Source: Dehalococcoidia bacterium
Lineage (GTDB): Bacteria; Chloroflexota; Dehalococcoidia; Bin125
Reading direction: 5' to 3'
Length of the DNA stretch: 64,000 bases
Assembly (NCBI GenBank): GCA_963555985.3
Contig: OY820591.1
Coordinates: forward strand, 896,001 to 960,000
The position numbers and the translations under genes are program-made. The notes below the pieces were generated by a model. It saw only the letters and a list, made by a program, of their open reading frames with translations. It ran no database searches and was not told the origin of the DNA. Shown here piece after piece: positions 27,361 to 37,233 of this stretch (position 1 is the first letter of the stretch; each line of letters opens with the position of its first letter).

Positions 27361-29094
27361 TTAGCGGAGGACGGATTCTCCGGAGATGGCTTTGATGATG
27401 TCGAAGTAGGAGATGACGACGATGAAGATGAGGAGGGCGGCGAAGCCGGCGAGGTGGACGAGGCCTTCTCGTTCAGGAGAGATGCGTTTGCCGCGGCGGG
27501 CGATTTCGATGAGGACGAACATGATGCGTCCGCCGTCGAGCATGGGCAGGGGGAGGATGTTGATGATGGCGAGATTGAGGGAAATGAGGGCGGCGAGTTC
27601 GATCAGGCGAGTCCAGCCGGCGCGGTCGACGACTTCGCCGGTGACGCGGGCGATGCCGACGGGTCCGGAGAGTTCGATCGGATCGCCGCCGGCGACCCAG
27701 GAGCGGATGCGGTTGCGGACGAGGACGAAGGTGTCGGCGGTTTGATGCCAGCCTTGGGCTAGGGATGCACCGAAGCTGTAGCCGCGCCGCTCGATGCGGG
27801 TAGAGGCGTTGGCGATGTTGATGCCGGTGGCGCCCTGGGGGATCGAGATCTCCGCGCCGGGGGTGGGGTAGAGGGGATCGAGCCCGAGTGCGGCGTAGAC
27901 GGCGGTCATGCGGACGCCTTCTTCGGCGGCGATCGAGAGCATGGTGTCGTCGGCCTCGGTGACGTAGGTGTGGCCGCCTGGGAATTGGAGTTCGACGCCC
28001 TCGCGCAGTTCTTCGGTTTCGACGCCCCAGGCGGCGATCACCTGGGCGGCGGAGACGCCTAACCGTTCGGCGATGTCGTGGACGGATTCGCCCTGCTGGA
28101 CGATGTGTTCGAGGGGTTGGGGAGCTAAGCGGGCGTGGACGTGGACGACGAATTGTTCGGGTTCGGCTCGTGTGGTGGCGGCGTCGGTGATTGAGGCGGG
28201 CGGGTCGCGTTCGATCGTCATGGCGAGGTCTTCGCCCATGTTGAGTTGGATCGTTCGGGCGAGGTCGGTGGCGTTGCGGATCTCTTCGCCGTTGACGGCG
28301 ATGATCTTGTCGCCCGGGCGGATACCGGCTTCGGCTGCGGGCGCGCCTTCGACGATGCCGGTGACGAGGGCGGGCCCGGCGGGCACGTTGTCGGGGATTA
28401 ATGCGCCGATGGCGAAGAGGAGGAAGGGGAGGATGGCGTTGACGCCGGCGCCGGCGGCGAGAATGGCGATGCGGGTGAGGCGGGACTTTGCGCCGAGCGA
28501 GCGTGGGTCGATGCCGACGGTGAGGCCGATGACGGAGCCTTCGCCGCCGGTCTCGTTCAGGTAACGCTCGCGGAACTGGTCGGTTTTGAGGTAGCGCTCG
28601 ATTTGTTTCCAGGTGAAGTCTTGTTCGGGGCGTTCGCTGTCGTCGGGGTGGCGGAGGGTGTATTTCCAGGACTTTTTGCGGCCGTCCTCGTCGGTTTGGT
28701 CGTAGACGATTTCCATTTCGTCGTTGGTGAGTCCGAGCAGGACGCGGCCGACGAATTGGTCGGGGGCGACGACGCGCTTGCCGTCGACGTGGGTGATGCG
28801 GTCGCCCGGGTTGAAGAATTTGGCGGTGCGCGCTTCGGGGTCGACGGCGGTGACGAGGAGTCCGGAGGCTTCTTCACCGGTGAGCCGGACGAAGCCGCCG
28901 ATGGGGAGCCAGTTGAAGGAGTAGAGAGTCTCGCCGAACTGCCAGCCTTTGCCGATCCGGGGCGGGAGGCCGATGCCGAATTCTTCGACGCGGACGCCGG
29001 CGAGCTTGGCGGTGATGAAGTGTCCGAGCTCGTGCAGGACGATCAGTCCGAGGAGGATGCCGATGAAGGGGAGGATGGTTTCGAGGAAGACCAT
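27361..29094 (-). CDS. rseP: RIP metalloprotease RseP (M50) with extra PDZ-like and two LysM-like domains
   Basis: HELGH, LPIGGFV and NILPLPMLDGG motifs; lies downstream of dxr. Confidence 0.9.
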   Translation of the reverse strand: MVFLETILPFIGILLGLIVLHELGHFITAKLAGVRVEEFGIGLPPRIGKGWQFGETLYSFNWLPIGGFVRLTGEEASGLLVTAVDPEARTAKFFNPGDRITHVDGKRVVAPDQFVGRVLLGLTNDEMEIVYDQTDEDGRKKSWKYTLRHPDDSERPEQDFTWKQIERYLKTDQFRERYLNETGGEGSVIGLTVGIDPRSLGAKSRLTRIAILAAGAGVNAILPFLLFAIGALIPDNVPAGPALVTGIVEGAPAAEAGIRPGDKIIAVNGEEIRNATDLARTIQLNMGEDLAMTIERDPPASITDAATTRAEPEQFVVHVHARLAPQPLEHIVQQGESVHDIAERLGVSAAQVIAAWGVETEELREGVELQFPGGHTYVTEADDTMLSIAAEEGVRMTAVYAALGLDPLYPTPGAEISIPQGATGINIANASTRIERRGYSFGASLAQGWHQTADTFVLVRNRIRSWVAGGDPIELSGPVGIARVTGEVVDRAGWTRLIELAALISLNLAIINILPLPMLDGGRIMFVLIEIARRGKRISPEREGLVHLAGFAALLIFIVVISYFDIIKAISGESVLR

Positions 29095-29136
29095 AGGGTT
29101 TAGCGTACTAGGGGTGTTGCGGGTTGGGCGGGGAGC

Positions 29137-29210
29137 CCCCCCTCTGTCACCCCTGCCTGCGCTGGGGCAGGCTTCGTGACATCTCCCCCCGCGATGCGGG
29201 GGGAGAGGGA
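29137..29210. repeat. REP-like family A with nested hairpin
   Basis: CCCTCTGTCA[CCCCTGCCTGCGCTGGGGCAGG]CTTCGTGACATCTCCCCC. Confidence 0.8.
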
Positions 29211-29212
29211 GA

Positions 29213-30367
29213 TCAGAGTTGGGCGGCGGCGATGCGGCCGGTGGTGAAGCCTCTGGCCCAGGCGTCGGCGGCGTCGATTGCTTCGAGGGCGGGGTCTTTG
29301 GTTGGGCGATGGGCGTCGAGGGCCTGGTTCACGTACTCGGCGATTTCGGTGAATTTGATGCGTCGTTCGAGGAAGGCTTCGACGGCGATTTCGTCGGCGG
29401 CGGCCATGACGGCGGGGTAGGTGGCGCCGGCGCGTCCTGCCTGCATGGCGAGTTTGAGGCAGGGGTAGCGATCGAGGTCGGGACGGGAGAAGTTGAGAGA
29501 ACCGACGGCGGCGAGATCGAGCGGGTCGGTAGTGGGTTGGAGGCGCTGGGGGTAGGAGAGAGCGATCTGGATGGGGAGTTTCATGTCGGGGTAGCCGAGT
29601 TGGGCTTTGACGGAGCCGTCGCCGAATTCGACGAGGGAGTGGACGATCGATTCGGCGTGCTGGACGACTTCGACGCGGTCGTAGGGGACGTCGAAGAGCC
29701 AGCGGGCTTCGATCGTCTCCATGCCCTTGTTCATCAGGGTGGCGCTGTCGACGGTGATCTTTGCGCCCATATTCCAGGTGGGATGATTGAGGGCTTGTTC
29801 GGGGGTCACGTCGCTGAGTTGGTCGGCGGGGAGGTGGCGGAGGGCTCCGCCGGAGGCGGTGAGGATGATGCGGCGGATTTCTTGGTTGTCTTCGCCCCAG
29901 AGGCATTGCCAGATGGCGGAATGTTCGGAGTCGACGGGTCGGAGTTGGCCGTTGCCGCGGTCGGCGGCAGCGCGAACGAGCGCGCCGGCCATGACGACGA
30001 CTTCCTTGTTGGCGAGAGCTACGGCGCCGCCGCGTTCGAGCGCGGTGAGGGTAGGTTCGAGTCCGGCGCGTCCGGCGGTGCCGACGACGAGGACGTGTCC
30101 GTCGGGGTCGGCGGCCATGGCGTCCATGGGGCAGACGGTTGCGCCGGTGTTGTCGGCGATCTCGTCCAGACGGGTTGGGTCGGCGGCGGCCCAGAGGTAG
30201 CGGGGGCGAAACTCCCGGGCTTGGGCGTGGAGGGCTTCGAGGTTGCGTCCGGCGGCGAGGCCGAGGATGCGGAAGCGGTCGGGCATGGCGCGGACGACAT
30301 CGAGGGTTTGGGTACCGATGCTGCCGGTGCTGCCGAGGAGGACGAGGTTGATGGGGGAGTCGGGCAT
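29213..30367 (-). CDS. dxr: 1-deoxy-D-xylulose 5-phosphate reductoisomerase
   Basis: LGSTGSIGTQ, LANKE, PVDSEH and HPTWNMG motifs. Confidence 0.97.
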   Translation of the reverse strand: MPDSPINLVLLGSTGSIGTQTLDVVRAMPDRFRILGLAAGRNLEALHAQAREFRPRYLWAAADPTRLDEIADNTGATVCPMDAMAADPDGHVLVVGTAGRAGLEPTLTALERGGAVALANKEVVVMAGALVRAAADRGNGQLRPVDSEHSAIWQCLWGEDNQEIRRIILTASGGALRHLPADQLSDVTPEQALNHPTWNMGAKITVDSATLMNKGMETIEARWLFDVPYDRVEVVQHAESIVHSLVEFGDGSVKAQLGYPDMKLPIQIALSYPQRLQPTTDPLDLAAVGSLNFSRPDLDRYPCLKLAMQAGRAGATYPAVMAAADEIAVEAFLERRIKFTEIAEYVNQALDAHRPTKDPALEAIDAADAWARGFTTGRIAAAQL

Positions 30368-30378
30368 GAGTTAGGCCG

Positions 30379-31242
30379 TCAGGTGGTCCATTGCAGGAAG
30401 AAGAATACGACGGGGATTCCGAAGAGGAGAGAATCGAGGCGATCGAGGACGCCGCCGTGTCCGGGGATGAGCTTGCTGCTGTCTTTGACGTCCAGGGCGC
30501 GCTTGAACAGGGACTCGGCCAGGTCTCCGATTTGGCCGAAGACGGGGAGGGTGAGCGCGAGCAGGACGAGCGGGTAGATTTCGACTTGGAGGTTGAGGAT
30601 CTGATCGAGGGCGATGGTCGCGCCGAAGCCTCCGAGCCAGCCGAAGATTGCGCCTTCGACGGTCTTGTTGGGCGAGACGGAGGGTGCCAGTTGGCGGCGT
30701 CCGAGCAGGCGTCCGCCGGCATAGGCGGCAGCGTCGGTGGACATGATGGCGAGGATGGCGAGCAGGAACCAGTCGGTTCCGTCGTGGGCGGCGCGGACGG
30801 CGATAAAGGTCGCGCCTGGGAGGGCGAGGTAGAGAGTGGCGGCGAGCAGCGTCAGTCCGCCGGTCACGACCGGCGTGAGGCGTTTGGGGTCGGGCGCATC
30901 GATCGTGGCGACGGCGACGACGGTTGCAGTTCCGGCGATGGCGAGGATGGCGGCCAGAGTTGGCCACTGGAGGGGGATGTGCGCGTTGGTTGCGGCAGCG
31001 GTTCCGATGATTGCGCCGACGGCGGCGGCGGCGATCAAGAACAGGGGACTGCGGAGATTGAGCTTGGTGATCGTGGCGATTTCGCCGAGAGCGATAGTGA
31101 GTGCGAGCGCGATGAAAGCGGCGAAGAGAGGTCCGCCGACGAGGACGACGGCGATGATGATCGGCATTCCGACGGCGGCGGTGATCAGGCGCGCGGCGAG
31201 TCCGTTGCCGAGGCGTTGGCGGCGTGTAGTGGCTGTCGGCAT
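30379..31242 (-). CDS. cdsA: Phosphatidate cytidylyltransferase
   Basis: SPNKTVEG, GDLAESLFKR and PGHGGVLDRLDS motifs. Confidence 0.95.
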   Translation of the reverse strand: MPTATTRRQRLGNGLAARLITAAVGMPIIIAVVLVGGPLFAAFIALALTIALGEIATITKLNLRSPLFLIAAAAVGAIIGTAAATNAHIPLQWPTLAAILAIAGTATVVAVATIDAPDPKRLTPVVTGGLTLLAATLYLALPGATFIAVRAAHDGTDWFLLAILAIMSTDAAAYAGGRLLGRRQLAPSVSPNKTVEGAIFGWLGGFGATIALDQILNLQVEIYPLVLLALTLPVFGQIGDLAESLFKRALDVKDSSKLIPGHGGVLDRLDSLLFGIPVVFFFLQWTT

Positions 31243-31297
31243 TGGATTACTTCGGGAACCTTTGGGTAGGTTGGGAGCGGTGACGGAGGTGCTTCAC

Positions 31298-31511
31298 TCC
31301 CTCTGTCACCTGCCTGCGGAGAGCTTTGCGAAAGTTAATGTTCTCCGTCATTGCCGCGCTCCGACGCGGCAATCTCGCCGTCTGAGCGACGACGGTGCAG
31401 ATCACGGCGAGATACCCGCGGCAAGCGCGGGTATGACGGTCCTTGATTGACACAAAAGCCTCCCTGCGCGCGGACAGGCTACTTCGTGACATCTCCCCCT
31501 CAAGGGGGAGA
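31298..31511. repeat. Composite repeat: family A element split by an insert that carries a family B element
   Basis: CCCTCTGTCA at about 31298 and CTTCGTGACATCTCCCC at about 31482 flank GAGATACCCGCGGCAAGCGCGGGTATGACGG. Confidence 0.7.
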
Positions 31512-31523
31512 GTTTCTCTTTGG

Positions 31524-32309
31524 TCATCTGATTGGAGGGCGGCCGCCGAAGTTGCGGTGGCGCTGGGCGTAGGCGGCTAGGGCTTTGTCTACGTCTTGTT
31601 CGCAGAAGTCGGGCCAGTAAGTGTCGGTGAAGATGTATTCGGCGTAGGCGGCTTGCCAGAGGAGGAAGTTGGAAATGCGGGTCTCGCCGCCGGTGCGGAT
31701 GATCAGGTCGGGGTCGGGGAGATCGCAGGTGTAGAGGTAGTTGGAGAGAGTGCGTTCGCTGATGTCGTCGGAGTGGAGGTTGTCGGCGACGATGCGTCGG
31801 ACGGCGTCGACGAGTTCGGCGCGTCCGCCGTAGTTGAAGGCGACACAGACGGTCATTTGATCGTTGTCGGCGGTGAGTGCGATGGCTTCTTCGATCTTGC
31901 GGCGCAAGGCGGCGGAGAGGGCGTCGATGCGTCCGATGTAGCGGAGTTGGATGCCGGCTTCGTGGAGGGGCTGGACCTCGCGGTCGATGGTGGCGGAGAG
32001 GATGCGCATCAGGCCGCGGACTTCGGGGCGGGGGCGTTTCCAGTTTTCGGTCGAGAAGGCGAAGAGGGTGAGGCACTGTACGCCGCGTTCGGCGAAGGCT
32101 TCGATGGCGGCGCGGATGTTTTCGGTACCGGCGCGGTGGCCGTCGGTAGGACGCAGGCCGCGCTGGGCGGCCCAGCGCCCGTTGCCATCCATGATCACGG
32201 CGACGTGGCGGGGGAGCGAGTCGTAGGTTGGTGCGGCGGCGCGGTGCGCGTTTGCGGTTCCGTTGCTGAGATGGGCGTGGGGAATAGCAGGGGCGGCCGG
32301 TCGAGACAC
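31524..32309 (-). CDS. uppS: Polyprenyl (undecaprenyl) diphosphate synthase
   Basis: IMDGNGRWA, FSTENWKRP and RISNFLLWQ motifs. Confidence 0.96.
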   Translation of the reverse strand: MSRPAAPAIPHAHLSNGTANAHRAAAPTYDSLPRHVAVIMDGNGRWAAQRGLRPTDGHRAGTENIRAAIEAFAERGVQCLTLFAFSTENWKRPRPEVRGLMRILSATIDREVQPLHEAGIQLRYIGRIDALSAALRRKIEEAIALTADNDQMTVCVAFNYGGRAELVDAVRRIVADNLHSDDISERTLSNYLYTCDLPDPDLIIRTGGETRISNFLLWQAAYAEYIFTDTYWPDFCEQDVDKALAAYAQRHRNFGGRPPIR

Positions 32310-32312
32310 GAA

Positions 32313-32885
32313 TTAGACCTCCAGGAGCTCTCGCTCCTTCTGACTGCCCGCTGCATCCACTTTAGCGATGAATTGGCCGGTAAGCGTATCCAGTTGGGAT
32401 TCGGCGCGGTGTTCCTCGTCCTGGGAGAGGTCGCCGTCTCGTTGCATGGCGCGGAGGTCGTCGTGGATGTGGCGGCGTACGTTGCGGATTGCGACGCGCG
32501 CAGATTCGACTTTCTGCGAGACGACCCTGACGAGTCCGCGCCGCCGTTCTTCGGTGAGTTCGGGCAGGATCAGGCGGATGAGCACGCCGTCGCTCTGGGG
32601 GTTGATGCCGAGATCGGAGGTCTGGATCGCCTTCGTGATCGGATCGAAGGCGTTGCGATCCCAGGGCTGGATCGCGATCATGCGAGCCTCGGGTGTGGAG
32701 ATCGTGGCCATCTGGTTGAGGGCCATGTTGGTGCCGTAGTAGTCGACGCGGATGTGTTCGACCAGGGAGGTATGGGCGCGGCCGGTGCGGATGGTGAGGA
32801 GATCGCGTTCGAGCGCGCTGACGGCACCGCTCATGCGGTCATTGGCGTCCTCGAAGGCCAGGTCGAGCAGCTCGTTTTCGGACAT
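32313..32885 (-). CDS. frr: Ribosome recycling factor
   Basis: IRTGRA, VDYYG, PELTEERR and VAIRNVRR motifs. Confidence 0.97.
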   Translation of the reverse strand: MSENELLDLAFEDANDRMSGAVSALERDLLTIRTGRAHTSLVEHIRVDYYGTNMALNQMATISTPEARMIAIQPWDRNAFDPITKAIQTSDLGINPQSDGVLIRLILPELTEERRRGLVRVVSQKVESARVAIRNVRRHIHDDLRAMQRDGDLSQDEEHRAESQLDTLTGQFIAKVDAAGSQKERELLEV

Positions 32886-32911
32886 CGGATCCGCCTTCCC
32901 CCAAGCGCGGC

Positions 32912-33661
32912 TCAGGCTAGCTGAGTCTCGCCGGCGTCGACCCGAGTGCCCGATTCGCGCAGATTCGGGGGATCGAGCGCTGCGCTCACGATAGCGTTGG
33001 GCGCTTCGATGTTAAACACGAAGATGGGGAGGCCGTTTTCTTCGCAGAGGGAGAGCGCGGAGGCGTCCATGAGGACGCCGAGATTTTGCCGGAGGGCGTC
33101 GCGGTAGTTGAGGCGGGCGTAGCGTTGAGCGTCGGGGTTGAGGGCGGGGTCGGCGGTGTAGACGCCGTCGGTGCCGTGTTTGCCCATCATCAGTTGGTCG
33201 GCTTCGAGTTCGACGCCGCGCAGGGCGGCGGCGGTGTCGGTGGTGACGTAGGGGTTGCCGGTGCCGCCAACGCAGAGGACGATGCGGCCCTTTTCGAGGT
33301 GTCGGAGGGCGCGGCGGCGAATGTAGATTTCGGAGACTTGGCGGACGTGGAGGGCGGACATGGTGCGGACTTCGGGTCCGGCGGCTTCGATGGCGTCCTG
33401 GAGGGCGAGTCCGTTGATGACGGTGGCCAACATACCGGCGTAGTGTGCGGTGGCGGTGGACATGCCCAGTTCGCCGGCGAGTCGTCCACGGAAGAGGTTG
33501 CCGCCGCCGACGACGACGGCGATTTCGACACCGGAGGCTCGGCAGCGGGCGATCTGACGGGCGATGTCGTTGAGGGCGGTTGGGTCGATGCCGGAGTCAC
33601 GGCGTCCCTGGAGGGCTTCGCCGCTGACTTTGAGCACGATCCGGCGGAGCTGATCAGTCAT
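32912..33661 (-). CDS. pyrH: UMP kinase
   Basis: LKVSGEAL, VVGGGNLFRG and GNPYVTTDTAAALR motifs. Confidence 0.96.
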   Translation of the reverse strand: MTDQLRRIVLKVSGEALQGRRDSGIDPTALNDIARQIARCRASGVEIAVVVGGGNLFRGRLAGELGMSTATAHYAGMLATVINGLALQDAIEAAGPEVRTMSALHVRQVSEIYIRRRALRHLEKGRIVLCVGGTGNPYVTTDTAAALRGVELEADQLMMGKHGTDGVYTADPALNPDAQRYARLNYRDALRQNLGVLMDASALSLCEENGLPIFVFNIEAPNAIVSAALDPPNLRESGTRVDAGETQLA

Positions 33662-33698
33662 TGGGGGTTGCCGCTCGCGGGTGTGCTGTGTGGGTAGA

Positions 33699-33965
33699 CC
33701 CCCCTCTGTCACTGCGTGACATCTCCCCCCGCGATGCGGGGGGAGAGGGGATGGATTCCCGCCTGCGCGGGAATGACGGAGTTTTGTCGGCTATAGCCGT
33801 GTTGTGAGTGTGGGTGCTCGACATGATGTTCTCATCCCCTCTGCCCCGTTGGGGCAGCTCCCCCTCAAGGGGGAGAGGGGGAGGTGGGATGTGGGTTGGT
33901 GCTGGTCACGGCGAGATATCCCACAGGACGGGGACAGGCTCCGCGGCAAGCGCGGGTATGACGGA
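33699..33965. repeat. Cluster of REP-like elements (A, dRS3-like C, A, and B with nested insert)
   Basis: ATTCCCGCCTGCGCGGGAATGAC at about 33755; family B interrupted by CCACAGGACGGGGACAGGCT at about 33921. Confidence 0.8.
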
Positions 33966-33999
33966 ACTGTGGGCGCGGGAGTGGGCGGGAGGAGAGGAT

Positions 34000-34494
34000 T
34001 TACTCGCCCATTTCGTAGCGGACGAAGCGTGCGACTTCGACTTTTTCGCCGATGCTGGCGATGGTGTCGTTGATGCGGTCGGCGATGGTTTTGCTGGGGT
34101 CGCGGATGAAATCCTGGTCGAGCAGGGCGGTGGCTTCGGGGTCGGCGTTGTCTTCGAGTTGGTCGACGGAGACGACGGCGGGGTTCATGGAGGCGATCTG
34201 CATGGCGATGTCGTGCGCGAGTTCTTTGAAGGAATCGGTGCGGGCGACGAAGTCGGTTTCGCAGCGCAGATCGACGAGGACGCCGATGCGTCCGCCGTGG
34301 ATGTAGCTCTCGATGAGGCCCTGGCCGGCGGTGCGTCCGGCGCGCTTGCTGGCGGTGGCGACGCCTTTCTCGCGCAGGGCGAGGCGGGCGGCTTCAAAGT
34401 CGCCGTCGGCCTGTTCGAGAGCGGAGCGGCAGTCCATGACGCCGGCGCCGGTCTCTTCGCGGAGGGCTTTGATTTGGTCAATCGTTACGGGCAC
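34000..34494 (-). CDS. tsf: Elongation factor Ts (short form)
   Basis: IKALREETGAGVMDC and CETDFVAR motifs. Confidence 0.96.
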   Translation of the reverse strand: MPVTIDQIKALREETGAGVMDCRSALEQADGDFEAARLALREKGVATASKRAGRTAGQGLIESYIHGGRIGVLVDLRCETDFVARTDSFKELAHDIAMQIASMNPAVVSVDQLEDNADPEATALLDQDFIRDPSKTIADRINDTIASIGEKVEVARFVRYEMGE

Positions 34495-34537
34495 GGGTGG
34501 TTGCTCCTTTGGCGGGCGGGATGGTTGTTTCGGATCT

Positions 34538-34572
34538 CCCTCTGTCCCTGCGGGACATCTCCTCGTGGGGAG
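34538..34572. repeat. REP-like family A (degenerate)
   Basis: CCCTCTGTCCCTGCGGGACATCTCCTCGTGGGGAG. Confidence 0.6.
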
Positions 34573-34596
34573 TGGGGGAGGGTTTTTCGAGTGCTG

Positions 34597-35340
34597 TTAG
34601 AGGGCTTCGACGGGTTCGGGGACGGTGTCGTCCTCTTCTTCGACGGCGCTTTGGCGCATGAGGCTGCCTTCGGCGGCGGCGTCGGCGATTTGGGCGGCGA
34701 GCAGTCGGACGGCGCGAATGGCGTCGTCGTTGGAAGGGATGGGGAAGTCGATCTGGCGTGGATCGCAGTTGGTGTCGCAGACGGCGACGATGGGGATATT
34801 GAGGCGGCGGGCTTCGGCGACGGCGATGGCTTCGCGGGGAACATCGACGATGAAGAGCGCGCCCGGCAGGCGGCGCATGTCGCGGAGGCCGCGCAGATAG
34901 CGGTGGAGGCGGGTGAGTTGGTCGCGGAGCTTGAGCGCTTCCTTCTTGGGGAGCAGATCGAGCTGGCCGTTTTCTTCGCGCTGTTCGAGTTCGATCATGT
35001 AGTCGACGCGGGAGCGGATGGTCTGGAAGTTGGTGAGGGTACCGCCCAGCCAGCGCGAGACGACATAGGGCATGGTGGCGCGGTCGGCTTCGTTGCGGAT
35101 GACGTCCTGAGCCTGGCGCTTGGTGCCGACGAAGAGGACTTGCTGCCCGGAGCCGGCGATTTCGTGCACGAAGGCGGTGGCCTCTTCCAGACGTTGGACG
35201 GTCTGGGCGAGATCGAGGATATGCACGCCGTTGCGGGCGCCGTAGATAAACGGGGCCATTTTGGGGTTCCAGCGGCCGGTCTGGTGACCGAAGTGGACTC
35301 CGGCTTCCAGGAGGTCACGCATCGAGAGTTGGTTCGTCAT
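34597..35340 (-). CDS. rpsB: 30S ribosomal protein S2
   Basis: LLEAGVHFGH, RWLGGTLTN and PSNDDA motifs. Confidence 0.98.
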   Translation of the reverse strand: MTNQLSMRDLLEAGVHFGHQTGRWNPKMAPFIYGARNGVHILDLAQTVQRLEEATAFVHEIAGSGQQVLFVGTKRQAQDVIRNEADRATMPYVVSRWLGGTLTNFQTIRSRVDYMIELEQREENGQLDLLPKKEALKLRDQLTRLHRYLRGLRDMRRLPGALFIVDVPREAIAVAEARRLNIPIVAVCDTNCDPRQIDFPIPSNDDAIRAVRLLAAQIADAAAEGSLMRQSAVEEEDDTVPEPVEAL

Positions 35341-35584
35341 CCTGCTCCTTGGGCACTACGGCGTGTGTTCCGTAATCCGCCCCTCAGTGTTGGATCGGCT
35401 GTCGGGCATTGGGATCGAGTATACGCACGCCTTCTGTCCTGCGGGAACCCGCTGCGTCGGCGCGATCTGTTGCCTGGCTGTCCCGGGTTGCTCGCAACGG
35501 GAGCGCAATCCGTGCTAGCTTGCGTACATGTATGCGGCCTGGAGGCCGCGCGTCCCCGTTTGCCAGTTTCTGCGGAGGAAGTCC

Positions 35585-35875
35585 GTGCCCCGCTACGCCT
35601 ACGAGTGCTTCGAGTGCGGCCACACGATTGAGAAGATCGAGGGATGGGACGCGCTCGCGCGCCAGCCCTGCACTGAGTGTGAGTCCGAATTGCAGCGCAT
35701 TCCCAGCCCGCCTGCGATCGTGTTCAAAGGAAGCGGCTGGTACTCGACCGATAACCGCAAGAGCAGTTGGAAGTCGCGCTCGGACGAGGATCGCGAGAGC
35801 AGCGAGTCGAGCAACGGCTCGGACGGATCGGCTGACAGCGGCGAGAAAGAGGCCGCTGCGTCGGCGGCGGACTGA
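35585..35875 (+). CDS. FmdB family zinc-ribbon protein
   Basis: PRYAYECFECGH...CTEC...FKGSGWYSTD; GGAGG RBS. Confidence 0.88.
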   Translation: MPRYAYECFECGHTIEKIEGWDALARQPCTECESELQRIPSPPAIVFKGSGWYSTDNRKSSWKSRSDEDRESSESSNGSDGSADSGEKEAAASAAD

Positions 35876-35893
35876 GCGACAGCGCTTGCTCTG

Positions 35894-36358
35894 ATGCGGC
35901 TTGTGCTTCAGCGGGCGGCCCGTGCTTCGGTGAGCGTGGGCGGCGAGGTCGTGGGGCGGATTGGGCGAGGGCTGGTCGTGCTCGTAGGTGTTGCTGAGGG
36001 GGATACGGAGTCGCAGGCGGACGTGCTGGCGTCGAAGACGGCGACGTTGCGGATCTTTTCGGACGCGGAGGGGCGTTTCAACGAGAGTTTGTTGGATGTG
36101 GGCGGGGCTGCGCTGGTGGTGAGTCAGTTCACGCTGTACGGGGATGTACGGAAGGGTCGGCGTCCGAGCTTTACAGGGGCGGCTCGTCCGGAGGCGGCGG
36201 AGCCGTTGGTAGAGCGGTTTGCGGCGCAGTTGGTAGCTGCGGGGGTTCGAGTGGAGACCGGGCGGTTTGGTGCGGAGATGGAAGTGGAGTTGGTGAATGA
36301 GGGGCCGTTCACAGTCATTATTGACTCAGCGGATTTGGAGCGTCCTCGTCGGGGGTAG
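35894..36358 (+). CDS. dtd: D-aminoacyl-tRNA deacylase
   Basis: MRLVLQR, SQFTL, KGRRPSF and NEGPFT motifs. Confidence 0.96.
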   Translation: MRLVLQRAARASVSVGGEVVGRIGRGLVVLVGVAEGDTESQADVLASKTATLRIFSDAEGRFNESLLDVGGAALVVSQFTLYGDVRKGRRPSFTGAARPEAAEPLVERFAAQLVAAGVRVETGRFGAEMEVELVNEGPFTVIIDSADLERPRRG

Positions 36359-37229
36359 AGGCTGATTCGTCAATTCTGACGTCCAAGGCGATGTCTAGGG
36401 CTGGGGCGGAGTGGGTGAGGGCGCCCATCGAGATGTAGTCGACACCCGCTGCCGAGATCGCCTTGATCTGCTCGATTACGATGCCGCCGCTCGCCTCGGT
36501 TGTGGCCCCGTACCGCTCTGCGAGTTGCACTGCGGGGCGCAGGGCATCGATTGCGAAGTTGTCGAGGAGGAGGGCTCGGGCTCCGGCTTGGAGGGCTGCT
36601 TCGGCTTGGGCGAGATTGGCGACTTCGACTTCGACGGCGGTTGCGGGTCCGACGTTGGCCAGAGCGGTTTGGACGGTGTCGGTGAGGGAGCCGCCGGCAG
36701 CGCGGACGGCGGCGATGTGGTTGTCTTTGATGAGGACGCCTGCGGCGAGGCTGTCGCGGTGGTTGAGTCCGCCGCCGCAGCGGACGGCGTAGCGTTCGGC
36801 GGCTCGGAGTCCGGGTGTGGTTTTGCGGGTGTCGAGGATGCGGGCGTCGCCGCCGGCGCTGGCTGCGGCGACAGCTTGGGCGGTGAGAGTGGCGGTACCG
36901 GAGAGGCGCTGGATCCAGTTGAGGGCGACGCGCTCGGCTCGGAGCAGGGCGCTCAGGGGGCCGGTTGCGGTTCCCAAGACGGTTCCGCTCGTTGCCTGTT
37001 TGCCGTCGGCGGTGTTCGGCTCGAAGGTTGCTCCGGTTGCGGCGAAGGCGGCTTGGGCGAAGGCGAGGCCGCAGATGACGCCGCTCGCTCTGGCGATCAT
37101 TTCGGCTTGACCGGTTCCCAGCCATGCGGAGAGGGATTGGGTGGTGACGTCGAGGTCGGCGCGGTCTTCGGCGAGTGAGGCGGCGACCAGGGTGCGCACG
37201 AGCTGGGGATCGAGCGGCTCGAAGCTCAT
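36318..37229 (-). CDS. nadC: Quinolinate phosphoribosyltransferase
   Basis: [14 protein letters not shown] and EASGG motifs. Confidence 0.96.
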   Translation of the reverse strand: MSFEPLDPQLVRTLVAASLAEDRADLDVTTQSLSAWLGTGQAEMIARASGVICGLAFAQAAFAATGATFEPNTADGKQATSGTVLGTATGPLSALLRAERVALNWIQRLSGTATLTAQAVAAASAGGDARILDTRKTTPGLRAAERYAVRCGGGLNHRDSLAAGVLIKDNHIAAVRAAGGSLTDTVQTALANVGPATAVEVEVANLAQAEAALQAGARALLLDNFAIDALRPAVQLAERYGATTEASGGIVIEQIKAISAAGVDYISMGALTHSAPALDIALDVRIDESASTPDEDAPNPLSQ

Positions 37230-37233
37230 TGCG

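Noticed and set aside
35341-35520. rpsB leader autoregulatory RNA
   Set aside because: Plausible by position, but I could not support a specific structure by eye
36318-36358. Convergent 3-prime overlaps (dtd/nadC; also 50298-50348)
   Set aside because: Short tail overlaps are common in GC-rich genomes
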